A stretch of 64,000 nucleotides of DNA from an archaeon (GTDB lineage: Archaea > Undinarchaeota > CAZHTU01 > JBDRCC01): contig JBDRCC010000006.1 in NCBI GenBank assembly GCA_043822065.1, forward strand, positions 16,578-80,577, written 5' to 3'. Below are positions 58,620-64,000 of this stretch, one piece after another. The notes beneath the pieces are model-generated. The model was given only the letters and a program-made list of their open reading frames with translations. It had not been told where the DNA came from and did not search any database. Position 1 is the stretch's first letter. Every line of letters starts with the position of its first letter. A program made the translations under genes and the position numbers.

Positions 58620-58922
58620 ATGGAAACCGCAACCCTCATCACCTACGACCTGCCCTCTGCCAGCATGTCCCAGGCCAGGATAACCGCCTTCCACCGCAGG
58701 CTCTACGGGTATACGGATTACTCCAACCACGGCAGCTACCACTACGAGCGGAAGGGCCTGCTTTCCGACATTCCGCACCTGAACCCGAGCAGGTCGGTGA
58801 TAATCGTGCCGAAGGACAAGACGGGACCGGTGCTGGCGTTCCTTGAGGAGTGGGGGGCGAAGGTGTTTGCGATAGACGTCATTTTGAACGATAAACAGGC
58901 CGAAGTACTTTCAAAATCTTAG
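58620..58922 (+). CDS. Small Cas2/VapD-like (ferredoxin-fold) protein, copy 1
   Basis: LITYDL...FHRRLYG...SRSVIIV; upstream palindrome TACTGT-AATATATA-ACAGTA. Confidence 0.6.
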   Translation: METATLITYDLPSASMSQARITAFHRRLYGYTDYSNHGSYHYERKGLLSDIPHLNPSRSVIIVPKDKTGPVLAFLEEWGAKVFAIDVILNDKQAEVLSKS

Positions 58923-59021
58923 TGCCCCGAACTGGCAGCGGCCAAAAGGTCAAAATTCACCGTTTCTCGTATCCAGCGCAAAGTTTAAATAAGAAGCAGT
59001 CACTTATCTCATTATCAAGTC

Positions 59022-59061
59022 CCCAGTATGACCCCATCCTTCGGGGTGGGGGAATACTGGG
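59022..59061 (+). ncRNA. Structured 5'-leader hairpin upstream of the NYN gene (putative cis RNA element)
   Basis: CCCAGTAT-GA-CCCCATCC-TTCG-GGGTGGGG-GA-ATACTGGG, about 30 nt after TTTAAATA. Confidence 0.6.
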
Positions 59062-59084
59062 CTGATACTCCTTATCGGATTCTG

Positions 59085-59762
59085 ATGAGCGATAAGCCGA
59101 AGACCAAAGAAGCTGAGAACGCGTTCCTTTTCATAGATGGGAACAATTTCTACCATATATTGAAGTGCCATCAACTGGACGGTCGGCTAAGCGTATCTCC
59201 CGGCGAAATAGACTTCTCAAAGCTTAGCAAGGTAATCTGCGACTTCTTTGGAGTGGAGCATAGCAAAACCATTTACTATAACTCAGTCCCAGATATACGC
59301 GATGGCGAAGAGGCTTATTACAAACATATGCAGTTTTTGGATGACCTGAAGAAGCTACCAAGACTTGAAGTCAAGACCAGAAAGCTGCAAAAGCATTCGA
59401 CCGAGGAGATTCTCAGGTCGCGCCGGAGGAAAATTGGGGATTTGGACTTATGCGGTAAATGCAAACCGCTAATTGAGAAAAATTGTGCAGAATGCATTGG
59501 CGACTTCAAAAAGAAAGAGAAGGGGATCGACGTCATGATAGCGGTTGACATGATTGAGGCAGCGATTAAAGATAAATGCGATTGTTGCATCCTGCTCTCG
59601 GGGGACGCGGATTTTGTTCCGGCGCTCGAGCTGGTTCAAAAGAACGGAAAAAAGGCATTCAGTTCTGCGATGCCTAGAGGCTACTCGACCCTCCTGCGCG
59701 AGAAATTCAAGTTCTTTACGCTTTACCCAGACCTTTTGGAAGAGAACTGTTTGAAAGCTTGA
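59085..59762 (+). CDS. NYN/LabA-DUF88 PIN-like ribonuclease with a Cys4 insert
   Basis: FIDGNNFYH, KEKGIDV, LLSGDADF; CGKC...CAEC insert. Confidence 0.9.
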   Translation: MSDKPKTKEAENAFLFIDGNNFYHILKCHQLDGRLSVSPGEIDFSKLSKVICDFFGVEHSKTIYYNSVPDIRDGEEAYYKHMQFLDDLKKLPRLEVKTRKLQKHSTEEILRSRRRKIGDLDLCGKCKPLIEKNCAECIGDFKKKEKGIDVMIAVDMIEAAIKDKCDCCILLSGDADFVPALELVQKNGKKAFSSAMPRGYSTLLREKFKFFTLYPDLLEENCLKA

Positions 59763-59765
59763 TAA

Positions 59766-59962
59766 GGCGGGCGAAGTACACCTACAAGCGGAAGGGCCTG
59801 CTTTCGGACATCCCGCACCTGAACCCGAGCCGGTCGGTCTTAATAGTACCGAAGGATAAGACGGGACCGGTGCTGGCGTTCCTTGAGGAGTGGGGGGCGA
59901 AGGTGTTTGCGATAGATGTTGTGCTGGATGAAAGCCAAGCTGAAGTCTTTTCAAATGTTTAG
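59766..59962 (+). pseudogene. 3' half of the Cas2-like gene, copy 2
   Basis: Near-identical DNA to the 3' halves of copies 1 and 3; begins 3 nt after the NYN stop. Confidence 0.85.
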
Positions 59963-60111
59963 CTCTTCGGTTCTCTACGTTTTAGCGCATCCAGAACATA
60001 CAGTGGCGATGCCACCCGCGCAAATCTTGGGTAACACTTCGACGAGCGTTTGTTCTAGCATTTCAATCCACCATCATTAACTAATCTTTTGATATTTTTA
60101 ATTATTATTAA

Positions 60112-61437
60112 TTAACTGCTTTCTTTTGTGTAGTAGGCTCCGCGCGTTTTGCCGACTCGTTTTAACAAGCCGCGTTTTATTAGGTCGTTCAGGTCTGAAA
60201 CCGCGATCGGACGCGAGACTGCAACCATTTTTTCGTATGTTTTTGATGTTAATGAATGATTCTTCTCTAAATATGCCAAGGCGCGTTTTTGCCGTTCGTT
60301 GATGTCTATTTCAGCCATGTGGAACTTGTTATACAGGGTTACCCTGAAGTAGCTTCCCAGCTCTTCAAAAACTGGTTCGGGCAAACCCGCTCCTTTCATT
60401 GCGGAACGCATTCGGGGTATGCCTGTTGCGAAGCCTTCTATGAGTTTAAGGTCGCGCAACAAGCGATAGGTTAAGTGATTTCTGGGGACTGAAAGTCTGC
60501 CCAGCAGTTGGATGCTCAATCCTGTTGGCAATGTACCGGGATTTATGAATTCGATTCTGTCGTCAAAAATGTTTACTTGAACGGTATCGCGGCTGAGGTA
60601 ATCCCTGTGGGTAAGCGCATTTAGCAACGCTTCCCGCACGACTGTGAATGGATAGTCCGGCTGCTCTTCTCTTTCTAGTCCTTCTATTTTTAAGGCAGTG
60701 CGCGTGTTTTTCTTTATGAAGTCCTCGGCCTCCCTTAGATTTTCCAAAATGGTGGCGTTGGCGATTCTTGAGTCGATTATATCGACTGGCTGGTCTCCCT
60801 TGAATCGCACGAGCTTTATTTCGTTTTGAGGCAGATATCTGGCCGGTTCTTTGGCGAAGAATAGCACTGCGGTGTTCTTTATCCACAAGTCGCCGTTCTT
60901 GCCCGCCAAACCGAGATTGAGCAGGTACTCTTTAACATTGGCTTCATCAAACGCGACCTCTGGAGAACGTTTCTTTACGAACGCGCGCATCCGATTTACG
61001 TCTAAGTCTTCGAGTTTCGCCTGCGAACGAGATTCATCAAAAGATAGGATGTGCCTGTTAATCAAATAATCCTGAAGGGTCCGCCCTTCGAGTTTCGTGT
61101 TGGTGCTTCCAGCGCGGTAATAGACTATCCCGCCAAAAGTGCAAAATGCCCCCTGCCCTATTTGGTATACTTCGCACACAACTGTTTTCTTTTGTTCTTT
61201 CTCTTCAACAAAAATTTTGTGAAACGGAACCGGAGAGACCTGTTGTATCGAGCCCTCAAGCCTCTGTTGTAATGTGTCAAGCCCATTCACGGGAATTCCG
61301 ATTATCTTACCATCATCCGCTATTCCAACAACTATCTTTCCTCCGGACGCGTTGGCAAATGCGCACACAGTCTGGCTTATGCCCTTAAAGTTATCGACAC
61401 TGCGTTTGAACTCAAGACCTTGGCTTTCGGCATTCAT
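60112..61437 (-). CDS. AlbA_2/Schlafen + HATPase_c_4 + wHTH protein
   Basis: ESQGLEFKRS, CAFANASGG, REALLNALTHRDY, NPGTLP, GIPRM; C-terminal HTH. Confidence 0.9.
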   Translation of the reverse strand: MNAESQGLEFKRSVDNFKGISQTVCAFANASGGKIVVGIADDGKIIGIPVNGLDTLQQRLEGSIQQVSPVPFHKIFVEEKEQKKTVVCEVYQIGQGAFCTFGGIVYYRAGSTNTKLEGRTLQDYLINRHILSFDESRSQAKLEDLDVNRMRAFVKKRSPEVAFDEANVKEYLLNLGLAGKNGDLWIKNTAVLFFAKEPARYLPQNEIKLVRFKGDQPVDIIDSRIANATILENLREAEDFIKKNTRTALKIEGLEREEQPDYPFTVVREALLNALTHRDYLSRDTVQVNIFDDRIEFINPGTLPTGLSIQLLGRLSVPRNHLTYRLLRDLKLIEGFATGIPRMRSAMKGAGLPEPVFEELGSYFRVTLYNKFHMAEIDINERQKRALAYLEKNHSLTSKTYEKMVAVSRPIAVSDLNDLIKRGLLKRVGKTRGAYYTKESS

Positions 61438-61695
61438 AAACAACAACCAATATCATAAAGTATTGTTAGATACTAATACTTAATGATATTTAAAGATATC
61501 GCGCGCTCTGACGCCGTTTTTGCCATTTTTGTTAACTTTGACATTTTCTGTGTTGTCCCGAATTAAGGCTCCTCCCGGATTTTCGATTCATTTCTCCCCC
61601 TAAGTATTTTTCGCCTGGTTCTTCCACATCTTATCCATGAACGCCTGGCCTCAAGGCTCATGTGCGGCCGGCGGAAGGCATAAATACAAGTTTTA

Positions 61696-61711
61696 CGTAA
61701 ATATATTTACG
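61696..61711. promoter_or_regulatory. Perfect 16-bp palindrome upstream of Cas2-like copy 3 (14-bp core repeated at 63778)
   Basis: CGTAAATATATTTACG. Confidence 0.65.
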
Positions 61712-61719
61712 GAAGAAAG

Positions 61720-62028
61720 ATGACACGAAAAACCGCCACCCTGATAGCCTACGACCTCAGCTCCGGCAGCACGTCCAAGCCCCAGGCGCCCCTGTTCCAC
61801 AAGCGGCTGTACGGCTACACCGACAGCTCGCACGGCGGGAAGTACACCTACAAGCGGAAGGGCCTGCTTTCGGACATCCCGCACCTGAACCCGAGCCGGT
61901 CGGTCTTAATAGTACCGAAGGATAAGACGGGACCTGTGCTGACGTTCCTTGAGGAGTATGGGGCGAGGGTGTTTGCGATAGATGTTGTGCTGAACGAAAA
62001 ACAGGTTGTATCGCTTTCAAAAGGTTAG
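61720..62028 (+). CDS. Small Cas2/VapD-like protein, copy 3
   Basis: LIAYDL...FHKRLYG; paralog of 58620-58922. Confidence 0.6.
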   Translation: MTRKTATLIAYDLSSGSTSKPQAPLFHKRLYGYTDSSHGGKYTYKRKGLLSDIPHLNPSRSVLIVPKDKTGPVLTFLEEYGARVFAIDVVLNEKQVVSLSKG

Positions 62029-62185
62029 AAAACTATTTTGGTGTTAGAACTATCTTGTCGTTTTCTATGGTAATATCTTACCTTCTTTATGTTTTTGCAA
62101 TTCGGCAGAGATTTGACCAGTGATTTGGGCAAGGTTATGACATAAGAAAAGTACTCTCTGTTCCGGGTCTTTCGTTTCCGGAGTT

Positions 62186-62983
62186 TTACTCCAGCATCTT
62201 CAAGACTGTCTTTTTGGCGGTTTCTCCTTTGATGCCGAATAGGTCCTTCCAGAGTTCATCCGTGCATTTTTCATCCAGGATACTATCAAGCTTTGCCCCG
62301 CTTTCCGCATCAGGCGAATAAAGGCGCCGTAATTTTTCTTTGTCCATGGGGCGCGGGGAGTAAAGCGATAGTGCAACAATGTCGTACAGGTCCTTTATCT
62401 GTTTATGTTCCCTGTCCCTGTTGATGACGGCGTTGAGCTTCATGGCCAATAAAACCTCGACGGAGGGCAGATAAACTGTTTTGCCGAACATCCCATGCTC
62501 TATCCTGCCGGCAGGACCCGAAAAAACTTTTTCAAGCAGAGGCTCGTCGGCAGGGACGAAACCGAAAGCCTTTGAAAAGTCAGGATGGATTTCACTTACC
62601 ATCAGGTCAACGTATAGGTCGAATATGAACGGCAGCATGGTGGCTTTTGCCTCCTCTCCGGACAGTTCTTTTCCGGTTTCCGTGTGGATTTGCTTCAGCA
62701 GCCTGAAGCCCTGCATTTCAAAACCGAGCTCCCGCTCTAGAACATTCATTGCCTTCGCGAAAGCAGAATTTTCAAGCTCCTGAAAAGACCAGCCTTTTTT
62801 TATACGGAAGCCCAGGTCTATGTCCCGCGAGCCGAGATATTCCCTCCCACGTGCAGATTTGAACCTCTCGTTTACGAGATACCGCACGGCCCAGCCGCCC
62901 ATCAGGCAGATTGGTTCGTCCAGCACATCAAAGACTTCTTTCAGATAACGCTGTGATGTGTCTGTCTCATACCTTTCGTACAT
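62186..62983 (-). CDS. AbiEii-like nucleotidyltransferase toxin
   Basis: LMGGWAV, SRDIDL, MKL...R...KDLYDI. Confidence 0.8.
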   Translation of the reverse strand: MYERYETDTSQRYLKEVFDVLDEPICLMGGWAVRYLVNERFKSARGREYLGSRDIDLGFRIKKGWSFQELENSAFAKAMNVLERELGFEMQGFRLLKQIHTETGKELSGEEAKATMLPFIFDLYVDLMVSEIHPDFSKAFGFVPADEPLLEKVFSGPAGRIEHGMFGKTVYLPSVEVLLAMKLNAVINRDREHKQIKDLYDIVALSLYSPRPMDKEKLRRLYSPDAESGAKLDSILDEKCTDELWKDLFGIKGETAKKTVLKMLE

Positions 62984-63671
62984 TTCCTTCGAAGCCCTCC
63001 CGTTTAATCAACAGCTCTGCCGCTTCCGTACAGGGCCCGCCCTCTGCGAGCAGGTCAAGGATAAGCTGCGGCGCGGAAACCCTTGGCAGGTCCGCAAGTA
63101 AAACCCCCCACTCCCCTTCTTCCGTAACACTCCGGGGCCGCACATTAGCATGTTTATCTACATAACGGAAAATATGGGGGTCAGCATCATACAAAACCCT
63201 AAGATTTCCGCCGCCCCTTACGCCAGCCTCCATGATCAAATCGTGCCAACCCGGCAGGTCTTTTACATAGAGGTCATAGCGTGAAAGAAATAGGTAGTGC
63301 TGGGCTGCACTTTCCGCAGCATATGTCGTTAAGGCGTATTCCAGCTTTTTCTTGCAGGCCTGAGATAAGAGCTTGGCGGGGTCCCTCACATTGTAATCCC
63401 TGTATTTCGGCTTCTTGTGGACTCCAAGCCAGTAGTCAAACAGACCCCTGGCGTTGATAATCTCGGTCCCCTTGATTAGCTTCCTTTCCTCTAATTGCTT
63501 AAGGACTTTATGGGCCCAGCCGTAATAAGTCTCAGCTTCCTTTGCCACCCTGTATTTTGTCAGTTCTGATACTCTATATTCCGCCAAAATGCTTCGGCGG
63601 TTCAGCAACACCCTTATTATCCGTTCTCTTTTCCAGCCTTTCATTTTAATCGAGTGGACATATCTCTTCAA
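62967..63671 (-). CDS. AbiEi-like wHTH antitoxin/regulator
   Basis: N-terminal wHTH; YALT, GGNL, VSAPQLILDL...EAAE; GAGATATATCTC-type palindromes upstream. Confidence 0.75.
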   Translation of the reverse strand: MKRYVHSIKMKGWKRERIIRVLLNRRSILAEYRVSELTKYRVAKEAETYYGWAHKVLKQLEERKLIKGTEIINARGLFDYWLGVHKKPKYRDYNVRDPAKLLSQACKKKLEYALTTYAAESAAQHYLFLSRYDLYVKDLPGWHDLIMEAGVRGGGNLRVLYDADPHIFRYVDKHANVRPRSVTEEGEWGVLLADLPRVSAPQLILDLLAEGGPCTEAAELLIKREGFEGNVRKV

Positions 63672-63777
63672 TTTATATATAGTTTGTGTTAGAGATATAT
63701 CTCCTTAGTATATATACCTTCTTATTTAGAGATATATTGCCTCAAATCGCTGATTTGCGAGACGCCCCTCTGCGCTT

Positions 63778-63852
63778 GTAAATATATTTACGGAAGAAAG
63801 ATGAAGCGAAAAACCGCCACCCTGACAGCCTACGGCCTCAGCTCCAGCAGCA
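63778..63852 (+). pseudogene. Promoter and 5' fragment of the Cas2-like gene, copy 4
   Basis: Matches 61697-61771 (GTAAATATATTTACGGAAGAAAGATGA...AAAACCGCCACCCTGA), then diverges. Confidence 0.85.
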
Positions 63853-63866
63853 GGTTCACCGAGAGG

Positions 63867-64000
63867 TTATACTGATAAGACCATCAACAGAAACACCACT
63901 ATACCAAGAACGAGGATAGCTATGACTGCCAGAGAACAGTAGCCTACAATGTTTGCAACCGTCAGTCTAGTTATTTTATCTCGTTTAGTTATTTTATCTC
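63867..64000 (-). CDS. 3' end of a gene running off the window, with a C-terminal TM helix
   Basis: Translated by eye: ...DKITKRDKITRLTVANIVGYCSLAVIAILVLGIVVFLLMVLSV*. Confidence 0.45.
   Translation of the reverse strand, partial: DKITKRDKITRLTVANIVGYCSLAVIAILVLGIVVFLLMVLSV

Noticed and set aside
59974-60060. 28-codon minus-strand ORF (MLEQTLVEVLPKIC...) after the AlbA gene
   Set aside because: Too short to assign; it may be a truncated cargo remnant but is unsupported.
58620-62028. CRISPR-Cas locus implied by Cas2-like genes
   Set aside because: No cas1, effector genes or repeat-spacer array in the window; only a fold-level resemblance.
63968-64000. 15-bp direct repeat at the window end as the start of an array
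   Set aside because: The 18-bp period fits an in-frame RDKIT duplication in a minus-strand ORF; only two copies are visible.

Overview
Archaeal chromosomal window. Evidence: tRNA-intron endonuclease, Sec61beta, archaeal-type RNase P RNA, TATA/BRE promoters, PGF-pre-PGF surface protein. A DPANN-like lineage is my inference from the form III-like RuBisCO and gene style, and is not proven. Core content: three large surface/adhesin proteins, a glmU-tmk-endA operon, glutamate dehydrogenase, a ClC channel, RuBisCO, purC, an amino-acid fermentation cluster (two paralogous aminotransferases, an ADP-forming acyl-CoA synthetase and a 4-subunit VOR-type oxidoreductase), and a 9-gene his operon directly behind tRNA-His. 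Three genes missing from the ORF track were read by eye: rnpB (28727-29032, minus), tRNA-His and sec61beta. Two accessory regions have unexplained architecture. (1) 23.2-28.7 kb, downstream of rnpB: four 1.1-1.6 kb cargo modules (two MNT-HEPN pairs, a Fur module, a hydrolase module). Each is bounded by a 30-70 bp structured repeat built from rnpB 3'-end sequence, and no integrase is present in the window. (2) 55.9-64 kb: a defence/TA island with iteron-like repeats and four full or partial copies of one small Cas2/VapD-like gene. The copies alternate with cargo: a NYN nuclease with a 5' RNA hairpin, an AlbA-HATPase and an AbiEi/AbiEii-like pair. Two single-base frameshifts may be assembly errors. 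No CRISPR array, transposase or integrase was seen. All family calls come from motif recognition, not database searches.
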